64,000 nt of DNA, from positions 135,684 through 199,683 of the IMG/VR virus record IMGVR_UViG_3300025466_000012; one strand, given 5' to 3'. Both the position numbers and the translations under genes were made by a program. The notes beneath the pieces were generated by a model. That model saw only the letters and a program-made list of their open reading frames with translations, was not told the origin of the DNA and did not search any database. Positions 9,641 through 18,525 of the stretch are shown piece after piece. Each line of letters opens with the position of its first letter. Position 1 is the first letter of the stretch. This stretch comes from a virus.

Positions 9641-10963
9641 ATGACCTACAACCTGTACACTTTTGGCAATCAGACCGGGCCTATTCCACTCAGCGAATTG
9701 GACAGCAATTTTGCCCAGCTGACTGATGCCAACAACATAGTGGCCAACACTGTGATCAACAGTGCCCAAGGCAACATCACCAGCTTGGGGCGTTTGACCG
9801 GTCTCAGCGTGGCCGGCAATGTGGCAGTGACCGGACCAATATCTACCAGCTCTACCTTGACCGCTGCGGGCAACTTGACTGCCAACGGACTGGTGGCCAC
9901 CAACATGTACATTGACAACAACAGTGCTGGAAATGCCATAGTGACTGGTAATCTTGTTGTGCGTGGCACCTTGACGTCAGTCAATGCTGCCAACGTGACC
10001 ACAAACAATCTTTTTATACAAGTGGCCAACAATGTGGGCAATACCAATCTTGCTCAATTGAACGGTGCCGGTCTGGTGGCTGGGCTGTCTGATTATGCCA
10101 CCATCCTGTACAACACCTTGACCAATACCTGGCAGACCAATATTGGTCTCACACCAATCAGCAACATAGCCGGACTAAATCTAGGCAACACCAACAACTA
10201 CTGGAACACAGTTTACGCACAGACCTTGATGTTGAGCGGCAATGCTCAGATGGGCAATTTGACTGTGAGAGGCGTTACAGCAAACACAGTTTCTGTCAGC
10301 AGTGTATCAGTCAGCGGTGCTGTGCAAGCCGGCAGTTTGACCACTGTGGGAAATATCGCCACAGCAACCAATATCACGGCTCTAAATCTTTATGCCAACA
10401 CACTGTCGTTGGCCAACGGTAATGGATCATTATCGCTTGGAACTCTCACTGCAAATGGTTTGATCTATTCTTCGGGCCTGACCACTGGCAACATAACTGC
10501 CACCGGCAATGTGGCCACTGCAAATGTGATCAATTCGGGAAATATTTTTACCACAGGTGTCACAGCCACAGGTCCTATTTCAACATCTGATAACATAAAC
10601 GCCAACTCGGCTCTTATTGCCAACAATCTGCATGTGTTCGGCAACACAACAATAAACAACGATCTCAACACAGGTGGAGAGATTGGGACCACAGGCAATA
10701 TTACTGCTACAGGAAATGCATTTGTATCAGCCGACGCCGTTTATGCCAGAACTGGCAATGTTTATGCCGGCGCTTATTTTGTAGGTAACGGTAGTCAATT
10801 GAGCAACGTTGCTGCAGCCAATATCCGCAATGCAAGTGGTTGGAGTGTGACTCCAGTGGGTAGCAAACTGTTTTTCTATTACGGACCTTCAGCCGTGGGT
10901 AGTCTGGATTCCAGTGGCAACTTTACTGTTACTGGTAACGTCACTGCATTTGGAACGCCATAA
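9641..10963 (+). CDS. Tail fibre-like beta-repeat protein
   Basis: N-terminal LSELDSNFAQL, G/N/T/A-rich repeats, C-terminal LDSSGNFTVTGNVTAF. Confidence 0.7.
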   Translation: MTYNLYTFGNQTGPIPLSELDSNFAQLTDANNIVANTVINSAQGNITSLGRLTGLSVAGNVAVTGPISTSSTLTAAGNLTANGLVATNMYIDNNSAGNAIVTGNLVVRGTLTSVNAANVTTNNLFIQVANNVGNTNLAQLNGAGLVAGLSDYATILYNTLTNTWQTNIGLTPISNIAGLNLGNTNNYWNTVYAQTLMLSGNAQMGNLTVRGVTANTVSVSSVSVSGAVQAGSLTTVGNIATATNITALNLYANTLSLANGNGSLSLGTLTANGLIYSSGLTTGNITATGNVATANVINSGNIFTTGVTATGPISTSDNINANSALIANNLHVFGNTTINNDLNTGGEIGTTGNITATGNAFVSADAVYARTGNVYAGAYFVGNGSQLSNVAAANIRNASGWSVTPVGSKLFFYYGPSAVGSLDSSGNFTVTGNVTAFGTP

Positions 10964-11901
10964 TGTCTTTGCCTTCAACAGGTACAATCAGCCTAAAGGA
11001 TATACAAAATGAGTTTGGAGGGTCCAATCCAATTTCACTCAGTGAGTATTACAAGAATGGACCTTATGTGACGGCCACAGATTATGCTCCCAATGTGCCG
11101 ACCAGCGGTACAATAAGCCTCAGCAATTTTTATGGAGCCAAAAAAAACACGTTGCAAACTGTTATCTTGACCTCAGGATCCAGTTGGACAGCTCCCAGCA
11201 CTGTGATCGGCTCACTCAGTGTCTTGGTTGTTGGTGGTGGAGGTGGGGGCGGAACCGGTACAGCACGCTATCACGGCAGTTCCAATGGTGGTGGTGGCGG
11301 TGGCGGTAACGGTGGGGTGGTATCAGACACTGTTTCGGTAACGCCTGGAACAACCTACACATATATCATCGGGTCCGCAGGTTCTGGAGCTGCAGCCGGC
11401 TCAGCCGGCGCCGGCGCCGCAGGCTCAAACACCACTATATTTGGATTGACTGCTTATGGTGGTGCAGGTGGTGCCGGGCAGGGCGGAAACAGCGCCACAG
11501 TCAGTCCAGGTGGCGGTGGCGGCGGTGCTGGGTGCAACGGTGACCAAGGCAACAGTGCCAATTCTGCCGGTGGTAGCCAAGGCTATGCTGGAGGCAGTTC
11601 AGGAGGTGGCAACATCAACGATACTGATTTTGGAGCAGGCGGCGGCGGATTCAGTGGACCAGGCGGCAATTACGATGGAAATTCCGGACTGGGCGGAACC
11701 GGATACAACGACCCAACTCTGGGCGGCATAGCCGGTGGAGGAAATGGTGGTGCTGGTTATGGGCGTGCATCAAATGGGTATGGTGGCGGTGCCAGCAATG
11801 AATCAGCCACCAACTACGGTGGTGGTGGTGGCGGTGGTCCGTCAGGCGGGCCCGGTGGCAACGGATATCAAGGTGCCATAGTGATCCAGGGCTATTGGTA
11901 G
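10963..11901 (+). CDS. Glycine-rich tail tip/fibre-associated protein
   Basis: MSLPSTGTISLKDIQNEFGGSNPISLSEYY N-terminus, VLVVGGGGGGG and GGGGGG...G.QG.IVI C-terminus. Confidence 0.7.
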   Translation: MSLPSTGTISLKDIQNEFGGSNPISLSEYYKNGPYVTATDYAPNVPTSGTISLSNFYGAKKNTLQTVILTSGSSWTAPSTVIGSLSVLVVGGGGGGGTGTARYHGSSNGGGGGGGNGGVVSDTVSVTPGTTYTYIIGSAGSGAAAGSAGAGAAGSNTTIFGLTAYGGAGGAGQGGNSATVSPGGGGGGAGCNGDQGNSANSAGGSQGYAGGSSGGGNINDTDFGAGGGGFSGPGGNYDGNSGLGGTGYNDPTLGGIAGGGNGGAGYGRASNGYGGGASNESATNYGGGGGGGPSGGPGGNGYQGAIVIQGYW

Positions 11902-11906
11902 ACGAC

Positions 11907-11912
11907 TAAATA
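11907..11912 (+). promoter_or_regulatory. T4-late-like promoter motif
   Basis: Intergenic TAAATA upstream of 11936. Confidence 0.55.
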
Positions 11913-11935
11913 ACTTACACTTTTGAGGATTATAC

Positions 11936-12811
11936 ATGACCAGCCAGATCAACCCATACAACATAGACGGAACCTATCCAATCGCTGGACAGGACAACAA
12001 CAGCCAGGGTTTCCGTACCAATTTTACAAATACTCAGACCAATTTTGAGTATGCTGCACAGGAAATAACCAATCTACAAAACAACGTGATTTTGAAAGCG
12101 GCCTTGACTGGAACGCAACTCAACAACAACATGAATGGTAGCCTGCTGTCCAACGCACAACTACAGCAAATGACCCAAACTGTGGTTGCCTTGGGCACCG
12201 TGACTGCCACAGCCACCTTGAACTATGCAGCCGGGCCATACACCACATTTACCACGGGCAGTAGCGTGATCTTGGCCTTTACCAATTTACCGGCGACTGG
12301 AAAGCTGGCCCAATGGGCTGCGGCCATCACAGTGGCCAGTACCAGCCATGTTGTGACCTTGCCAGCCGCAGTTACACTAAATGCACAAGGCATAGTGGGA
12401 TTTAACCCGGGCACCAACGCAATCTCGTTTGCCAACACCGGCACTTACACATTTGCATTCAGCACCACGGATGGTGGCAACACTGTGACTGTGAACGAAA
12501 TCAACAAAGAACTGGAACCATTCAACGGTGGCCAGGAGACCTTGGCCAGTGCTGGAGCAGCCAGTCTGGCTGTGACCACCAGCTGGTTCAATACCGCGGG
12601 CACAGCCACCTTGGCTGATGGTGTGACTGGTCAGATCAAGGTATTGGCTCAAACTGTGTCGGCCAGCATGGTGGTCACAGTGGCCAATGTCGGATGGAAG
12701 GCTTCAGGATCAGGTACCATAACCCTGGGCAGTATCGGAACTGCGTGTACCTTGCAATTTATTGACGGTGATTGGCTGTGTATCGGCAATAATGGTTGCG
12801 TGTTTGCTTGA
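11936..12811 (+). CDS. Probable virion structural protein
   Basis: YPIAGQDNNSQGFRTNF N-terminus, T/A/G-rich, late motif upstream. Confidence 0.65.
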   Translation: MTSQINPYNIDGTYPIAGQDNNSQGFRTNFTNTQTNFEYAAQEITNLQNNVILKAALTGTQLNNNMNGSLLSNAQLQQMTQTVVALGTVTATATLNYAAGPYTTFTTGSSVILAFTNLPATGKLAQWAAAITVASTSHVVTLPAAVTLNAQGIVGFNPGTNAISFANTGTYTFAFSTTDGGNTVTVNEINKELEPFNGGQETLASAGAASLAVTTSWFNTAGTATLADGVTGQIKVLAQTVSASMVVTVANVGWKASGSGTITLGSIGTACTLQFIDGDWLCIGNNGCVFA

Positions 12812-12836
12812 TCTTTTGCAGCTGATCGTGTACAAT
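12808..12836 (+). promoter_or_regulatory. sigma70-type promoter
   Basis: TTGATC (12808-12813), 17 nt, TACAAT (12831-12836). Confidence 0.55.
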
Positions 12837-12841
12837 AAGGT

Positions 12842-13063
12842 ATGGAACATCCGTTAATCTCCAACCTTGACCACATGACCGAACAAGAGCTGTTGGATCG
12901 TGTCAATGAACTCAACAAAAAACTGGGCATAGCCTATCGTATCGGAAATGGGCACTTGTGCAATCAGCTCAGAATGGCCATCGAGACTTTCCAAGGCAAG
13001 TATCTGGAAAAGATACGCAAAAATCCCGACAACAATTTTGACGAAATCATAGACATTTCATGA
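12842..13063 (+). CDS. Small helical hypothetical protein
   Basis: 73-aa ORF coupled to the next gene by an ATGA overlap. Confidence 0.7.
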   Translation: MEHPLISNLDHMTEQELLDRVNELNKKLGIAYRIGNGHLCNQLRMAIETFQGKYLEKIRKNPDNNFDEIIDIS

Positions 13064-13662
13064 ACGTGCGATTGAAGAAAAATCTGCATTTTACCATGGG
13101 TGTCTGGCATGCAGATCAGCTGGTCATGAACAGCTACATGGTCGATCTATATTTGCACACCAACACAGCAGATTCGGCCGAACAGAACATAGCATTCGAA
13201 AGACTCAAGTATTTTGTGTACGGTGAACTGGACAGCAGCATCATGCTAGATCAGCAGGCCGTACCCAAATGCCAACAACTGATGTCAGCCGGATTGCGAA
13301 TCACTACCATGCCGCATGAACTGGTTGATCAATTGGTGGGAATCATGCTATACTACAAGCTGAATGCCATCATGGAACAACGTATCGTGATCACGGATGT
13401 AGAAATCAGCAGCAATTTGGGCGACCATATAGTGTACATGCACAATCAGGACGAACACAGTCAAGATCTAGACCGACCCGCCTGGTGGACCACCGCAGAT
13501 CTAGCGCATTGTGATCATGATCTGATCGAATCCAGCAACATAGTCAATATCAATCGAGTCAGGTCCTGGCGAGAACTGGAACTGGATTGGCCAGTGGTGC
13601 ATGCTACAGAATCTGGCAACATAGTGTCCTTTAGCGATCTCAAACGAAATGATACAGAATAA
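13060..13662 (+). CDS. Hypothetical protein, possible degenerate T-fold (QueD-like)
   Basis: NSYMVDLYL and IAFERLKYFVYGELDSSIML resemble QueD HSFMVRLEI and IDFAELK...RLDHHYL but lack the Zn histidines; fold call is tentative. Confidence 0.65.
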   Translation: MNVRLKKNLHFTMGVWHADQLVMNSYMVDLYLHTNTADSAEQNIAFERLKYFVYGELDSSIMLDQQAVPKCQQLMSAGLRITTMPHELVDQLVGIMLYYKLNAIMEQRIVITDVEISSNLGDHIVYMHNQDEHSQDLDRPAWWTTADLAHCDHDLIESSNIVNINRVRSWRELELDWPVVHATESGNIVSFSDLKRNDTE

Positions 13663-14170
13663 ATTTGGTGAAATGATATTTTCCGAAAGCGATGTGTGTG
13701 ACTTGATCATGCAAGGACACACCGCGGAATCCCTACAAGGCATGTTGGTAGATGCGTCGGTTGATATCGAACAGATCGTACGCTATGTACAGCTGGCAGC
13801 CGATACTTTTACTCGTCCGGTCTTGGAAACCAGCAACATGTCAGTACTGGACTATGATCTAGAACAGCAGAGACATTGGCACATGCCGGCACAATATCAA
13901 CAACTGGACATAGCCCAGCATGTGCTGAGCCTGTGTGAAACTGATGCCGAACTGCAACGCTGTGGCCAGGAACTGTTGCTGTATCAGGAACGAAATCTGT
14001 TTCCGTTGTTGCAGTATCTTGCATATCTGGTGGATGTCATGCGTGACAATCATGTGATCTGGGGAGTTGGTCGCGGCAGCAGCGTGGCCAGTTATGTTTT
14101 ATACAAGCTGGGAGTACATCGCATTGACAGCTTGTACTATGATTTATCAGTTGAAGAATTTTTGCGTTAA
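13649..14170 (+). CDS. Stand-alone fragment of the DNA polymerase III alpha (DnaE) palm region
   Basis: WGVGRGSSVASYVLYKLGVHRIDSLYYDLSVEEFLR matches DnaE [34 protein letters not shown]. Confidence 0.8.
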   Translation: MIQNKFGEMIFSESDVCDLIMQGHTAESLQGMLVDASVDIEQIVRYVQLAADTFTRPVLETSNMSVLDYDLEQQRHWHMPAQYQQLDIAQHVLSLCETDAELQRCGQELLLYQERNLFPLLQYLAYLVDVMRDNHVIWGVGRGSSVASYVLYKLGVHRIDSLYYDLSVEEFLR

Positions 14171-14173
14171 ATA
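14168..14173 (+). promoter_or_regulatory. T4-late-like promoter motif
   Basis: TAAATA overlapping the stop of 13649..14170, upstream of 14196. Confidence 0.55.
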
Positions 14174-14195
14174 AACATCTCTTGGAGGGCAACAA

Positions 14196-14675
14196 ATGAC
14201 CAAAAAAATATACACAACAGCACAAGGCAAATCAGTGGACCTGGGTGCTATAGTTTTGAAAAATCAACATGTGCGTGCAGTGGGTAACATGAATGTGAAT
14301 GCACGCGGTGATCTCTTGGACGGCAGCAGTCGAGTGATTGATACCAGAAACAACCAAGTCACACAACAGCTGGCCAAAACCACACAACCGTCTACAGTCA
14401 GCAACCGGCCTTTGCATACCAGTACTGTGGCTGCACGACGCAACAGCGACCCTGGTACACCTACGGTAACACCAGCAGTCGCACAACCTGTTCCGGTACC
14501 AGATACAACGGTGGCCGTTGATCCTGTGATCGCACCACCGTCTGACACAATACCCGCAGAATCAACACAGGGTGGACTGGCAGCGGCCATGGCACGATCA
14601 AGAACTGTGACACAAGAAAAATTGGTCAATCCCAAAGAAGCTCTCAAACTCAAACCAGGAATACAAAAACTATGA
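14196..14675 (+). CDS. Hypothetical protein with P/T/A-rich linker
   Basis: 159 aa, SD GGAGG. Confidence 0.7.
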   Translation: MTKKIYTTAQGKSVDLGAIVLKNQHVRAVGNMNVNARGDLLDGSSRVIDTRNNQVTQQLAKTTQPSTVSNRPLHTSTVAARRNSDPGTPTVTPAVAQPVPVPDTTVAVDPVIAPPSDTIPAESTQGGLAAAMARSRTVTQEKLVNPKEALKLKPGIQKL

Positions 14676-15058
14676 CAGCCAAAGCCGCTTATGCTCCACA
14701 CATAATTGCACAACATCAATTGCGTGCATTGAAAAAAGATGTGATCGTGACCGACATGGTGTTTGATGTGCGTATCACACAAAGCGGCATCATTTTGCCC
14801 AACGACAACGGTACTGGTCTGGGTATCAGACCCAGATGGGGTCAAGTGTATGCAGTGGGTCCTGAACAGACCGATATTCAAGTAGGACAATGGGTATGTG
14901 TGGCGCATGGCAGATGGACTCGAGGAATTGACATCGAAGATGAATCGGGCAAAAGAGCCATACGCAAGATTGATCCTGCAGACGTTCTACTGGTTTCAGA
15001 CCGTTGCCCGCAAGATGAAAGCATGGGCGATGCAGTACATGTGCCCAAAATGTCCTGA
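14672..15058 (+). CDS. groES: Co-chaperonin GroES family protein
   Basis: LRALKKDVIV, TQSGIILP, GQVYAVGP, VGQWV and final DVLLV. Confidence 0.8.
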   Translation: MTAKAAYAPHIIAQHQLRALKKDVIVTDMVFDVRITQSGIILPNDNGTGLGIRPRWGQVYAVGPEQTDIQVGQWVCVAHGRWTRGIDIEDESGKRAIRKIDPADVLLVSDRCPQDESMGDAVHVPKMS

Positions 15059-15061
15059 TTG

Positions 15062-15286
15062 ATGGGTTTCCAAAAACCCAATATTGAACCGGCCTATCAG
15101 GCTGTGCGTGGTGTACTGACAGAAATACACAGTCCATACAACGACGGTTTTACCGGAAGCAGTTGCAAACAAGAACTGTATGTGTTAAAATGTTGGTTAG
15201 AGGACGAATACAATCGTTTGCCAACATTTGCCGGAGAAGAAAAATGGGAACAGGAACGCCTGATAATCAAACTGAAACAGCCATAG
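15062..15286 (+). CDS. Hypothetical protein
   Basis: ORF fills the operon gap between GroES and the next gene. Confidence 0.65.
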   Translation: MGFQKPNIEPAYQAVRGVLTEIHSPYNDGFTGSSCKQELYVLKCWLEDEYNRLPTFAGEEKWEQERLIIKLKQP

Positions 15287-15441
15287 TGCCGTGTCACATC
15301 TGTGGACAGGTTCCAAGCGCAGCCTGTGACTGGCGACAAGGTCGTTGTCCCTATCACAAAAGTCTTTTGGAGCAGATCCTGGACGACAACCACAAGGCAA
15401 GATTTTTCAATCTACTGAACTGGTTCAACAAGAAAAAATGA
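15286..15441 (+). CDS. Small Cys-rich protein
   Basis: GTG start overlapping the upstream TAG; MPCHICGQVPSAACDWRQGRCPYH; stop overlaps the next ATG. Confidence 0.55.
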   Translation: MPCHICGQVPSAACDWRQGRCPYHKSLLEQILDDNHKARFFNLLNWFNKKK

Positions 15442-15875
15442 TCCTGGCCTTGCGCGATGACCTCATGGTGCAACAGCAGTTGCCTGGTGGGTTGGATTCT
15501 GGGCTAGGTGCCTGGCAACACATGACCGCTGTAATCATGTTGAACCAGACTGGTCGCAAGCCGGTCAAAACAGTAGCGCCTATATTTTGGAATCGTTGGA
15601 AAAGTCCCTACTCATTCCTGCACGCCACCGAACAAGAAGTCAAGGATGTGATCTGGCCCTTGGGTATGGTCAACGTTCGCTACAAGCGATTGCATCAAAT
15701 GAGCAGAGACTTTTTGACTTGGGACGGCCGAGATGCTACAATATTGTATGGCATCGGCAAGTATGGATCAGACAGCTATGAGATATTCTTCAAGCAGAAC
15801 TACTCAGTCAATCCCACTGACAAAGAACTTAAACGCTATCTACTAGAGGAAATTTATGAAAGAACTATGGACTGA
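15438..15875 (+). CDS. HhH-GPD DNA glycosylase, MBD4-like
   Basis: WQHMTAVIMLNQT and LYGIGKYGSDSYEIF (MBD4: LHGIGKYGNDSYRIF); catalytic Asp retained. Confidence 0.85.
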   Translation: MILALRDDLMVQQQLPGGLDSGLGAWQHMTAVIMLNQTGRKPVKTVAPIFWNRWKSPYSFLHATEQEVKDVIWPLGMVNVRYKRLHQMSRDFLTWDGRDATILYGIGKYGSDSYEIFFKQNYSVNPTDKELKRYLLEEIYERTMD

Positions 15876-16776
15876 GAAGTACCGTCCTGCCGCAGCAGCT
15901 GAATATGTGTTCACAGATGACGCACAACGACAGCAGATCGAATCATGGATACGAGATCAGTCAATCCCGCACCTGTTGCTGAGCGGACGAGCCGGCACAG
16001 GCAAGACCACCTTGGCCAAGATGCTGATCAACGAACTCAATGTGGATGAATACGATGTCATGTACAGCAATGGTAGCAAAGAAGGTCGCAAGATTGAGTG
16101 GATCGACAAGCTGATCAACTTTTGTCAAACCATGCCGTTTGGTCGTGTCAAGATTGTGTTGATTGATGAGGCCGATTATCTAAATCCCAACAGTGTACAA
16201 CCGGCCTTGCGTAATCTCATGGAAGACTATAGCGAAACTGTGAGATTTATCATGACCTGCAATTATCCCAACAAGATTTTGCCAGCCCTGCACAGTCGTT
16301 GTCAAAATCTACAGATCAACCGAACTGATCTAACTGAGTTCACGGCACGAGCAGCCACTGTGTTGGTCACGGAAGCTGTGGAATTTGACCTAGATACTTT
16401 GGACAGCTATGTGCGTGCCACATATCCGGATCTGCGCAAGTGTTTGCAACTGCTACAGGCCAATAGTATCACAGGTGCCTTGATGCGACCCAGTGAAACA
16501 GACAGTGCAATCAAGGACTGGCGATTGGATGCTGTTGAACTTTTCAAAGCTGGTCGCACACGTGAAGCCAGGACCTTGATCTGTAATCAAGCGTCCGGTG
16601 AAGACATGGACAGCCTGTTCCGCTGGATGTACGACAATTTGGAATTATGGAGCACGGATACGGAACAACAGGATCAGGCCATCGTGATCATCCGCAACGG
16701 CTTGGCCAATGTGCCCTTGGTTGCCGACCAAGAGATCAACATTAGTGCTACCTTAGTTGAGTTGTGTCAGCTATGA
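15856..16776 (+). CDS. Clamp loader AAA+ subunit (T4 gp44/RFC small subunit-like)
   Basis: LWTEKYRP, Walker A GRAGTGKT, Walker B LIDEAD, SRC motif. Confidence 0.92.
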   Translation: MKELWTEKYRPAAAAEYVFTDDAQRQQIESWIRDQSIPHLLLSGRAGTGKTTLAKMLINELNVDEYDVMYSNGSKEGRKIEWIDKLINFCQTMPFGRVKIVLIDEADYLNPNSVQPALRNLMEDYSETVRFIMTCNYPNKILPALHSRCQNLQINRTDLTEFTARAATVLVTEAVEFDLDTLDSYVRATYPDLRKCLQLLQANSITGALMRPSETDSAIKDWRLDAVELFKAGRTREARTLICNQASGEDMDSLFRWMYDNLELWSTDTEQQDQAIVIIRNGLANVPLVADQEINISATLVELCQL

Positions 16777-17063
16777 GATACCTACTGTTAACCTATTATC
16801 GCGATGCTCGCGGACAGGCCAACGAAGTCATGACTGTGAGCCGCAAATTAAAAACCCGCGATTTACAAACGGCCAATACCATACTTGACTTTAGAGATCA
16901 ATGTGTCGTAAAATGTACTATAGAAGGAAACAGTGTGCCTAAAGATTGGAATCACATTGTGAGTTATTATTACCAACACTACTCGGCCACTATAGAAAGA
17001 CTGTTTAATGAAAATGGACACGAAATCAAAATCGAAAAACTCCAATCGACTGATCCTAACTGA
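16773..17063 (+). CDS. Hypothetical protein
   Basis: ATGA-coupled to the clamp loader gene. Confidence 0.65.
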   Translation: MRYLLLTYYRDARGQANEVMTVSRKLKTRDLQTANTILDFRDQCVVKCTIEGNSVPKDWNHIVSYYYQHYSATIERLFNENGHEIKIEKLQSTDPN

Positions 17064-17619
17064 CTGTGACGGAGTGTTGTTGGACTGGGAATGGGCATTC
17101 AGCGTATGGATGCAGGAACGTGGCTACACTCTCAGAGATGACAACAAGAAAAGCTATTACTTGCACAATCACTACAATGAGCTGACCGAAACCGATGCTC
17201 CGGCTGTGGTGCGAACATTCAACGAAAGTGCCGCAATTGGATTCTTGCCAGCACTACGTGATAGTGCGCACTATGTGAGACTGTTGCACGAGCGTCATGG
17301 ATACCGGTTTAGAGTGATCACCAGCCTCAGTCTGGATCGCAACGCACAACGATTGCGTGGTAAAAATCTCAGAAAGATATTTGGCAATGCCATAGAAGAT
17401 GTGATCTGTCTAGACACCGGTGCTGACAAAGATTCGGCCCTGGAACCCTATCGCGATAGCGGATTATGGTGGCTGGAAGACAAACCAGCCAATGCCGATC
17501 TAGGGCATCAGCTGGGTTTGAAAAGCATCTTGATCGAACACGGACACAACATGTCGCATGAATGTGCGTATCCGATCGCCCGTGATTGGCAACGTGTTTA
17601 TGAAATGATTACGGCCTAA
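17008..17619 (+). CDS. HAD-family 5'(3')-deoxyribonucleotidase
   Basis: ILTDCDGVLLDW (DxD motif I), ITS, K...L, WLEDKPAN. Confidence 0.85.
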   Translation: MKMDTKSKSKNSNRLILTDCDGVLLDWEWAFSVWMQERGYTLRDDNKKSYYLHNHYNELTETDAPAVVRTFNESAAIGFLPALRDSAHYVRLLHERHGYRFRVITSLSLDRNAQRLRGKNLRKIFGNAIEDVICLDTGADKDSALEPYRDSGLWWLEDKPANADLGHQLGLKSILIEHGHNMSHECAYPIARDWQRVYEMITA

Positions 17620-18350
17620 TCAGCATACATTTTTAGAACCGATCCTATAATAGCATGGCGTTGCACATCGCGCCCGGTCAGTTTACAAACCACGATTCCC
17701 GACACAGTGTCCTGATCCAATCGACTGATCAAGTCTAGTAGACCGTTATCAGCAATTCGTTTGTCTGCTTGATCTGTGTCGCCCGTGATTACTATTTTTG
17801 AGCCCGACCCAATGCGGGTCATCAGCATTTTACACTGGGCTGGGGTAGCATTTTGCATTTCGTCAGCGATGATAAAACAGTCCTTAAAAGTACGACCTCT
17901 CATAAATCCCAAGGGTGCAATTTCGATGGTCTGTTCTTCTAACATATTAGTAATGTCCTGCTGTCTGTAATATTCACGCAAAATATCAGTTAATGGGCGA
18001 ACCCATGGATCCATTTTTTGATTTAAATTACCTGGCAAAAATCCATGTTGCTCGTCCTCTACTGACACTGCCGGGCGGGTCAAGACTATCCGCTCACATT
18101 CACCTTGTCTAAGTGCTCGTACAGCGGCCAGCATGGCCAGGTAAGTTTTGCCGGTTCCGGCCGGTCCCACAGTGACCACTATGTGTTGGTCCGTGTCCTG
18201 TAGGGCCATGACCAAGTGTTCTTGATTCCGGGTACGTGGAATCAGCTCGACTGGCTTTGGCTGTCGCTGTCGGCGTACTTGATCGAAGTTTATGGTATTT
18301 TCTACTGGTGTCATACGGCGTTGTGCTTTTTGCGCTCGATTTCTGCTCAA
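17616..18350 (-). CDS. phoH: PhoH family ATPase
   Basis: GPAGTGKTYLA, LTRPAV, GFLPG, MRGRT, DEMQN, GDTDQ; TTG 18350 after GGGAG. Confidence 0.92.
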   Translation of the reverse strand: MSRNRAQKAQRRMTPVENTINFDQVRRQRQPKPVELIPRTRNQEHLVMALQDTDQHIVVTVGPAGTGKTYLAMLAAVRALRQGECERIVLTRPAVSVEDEQHGFLPGNLNQKMDPWVRPLTDILREYYRQQDITNMLEEQTIEIAPLGFMRGRTFKDCFIIADEMQNATPAQCKMLMTRIGSGSKIVITGDTDQADKRIADNGLLDLISRLDQDTVSGIVVCKLTGRDVQRHAIIGSVLKMYAD

Positions 18351-18400
18351 AACAATCTCCCGGTGGGTTGGTTGAATGACAGCAGGATTGCTGTCACTGA

Positions 18401-18406
18401 TATTTA
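18401..18406 (-). promoter_or_regulatory. T4-late-like promoter motif for phoH
   Basis: TATTTA on + strand is TAAATA on - strand. Confidence 0.5.
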
Positions 18407-18514
18407 GGTACTTGCACACGGATCTTTTATAGGCACTGATAATTGAGTTTTTTGATCATAAGTATTTGACTAGGCTAGACAATCCGGCTTTTTCATTGCA
18501 GTGCGCCACTCGGC

Positions 18515-18520
18515 TAAATA
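18515..18520 (+). promoter_or_regulatory. T4-late-like promoter motif
   Basis: TAAATA 5 nt before ATG 18526. Confidence 0.6.
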
Positions 18521-18525
18521 CTTGT

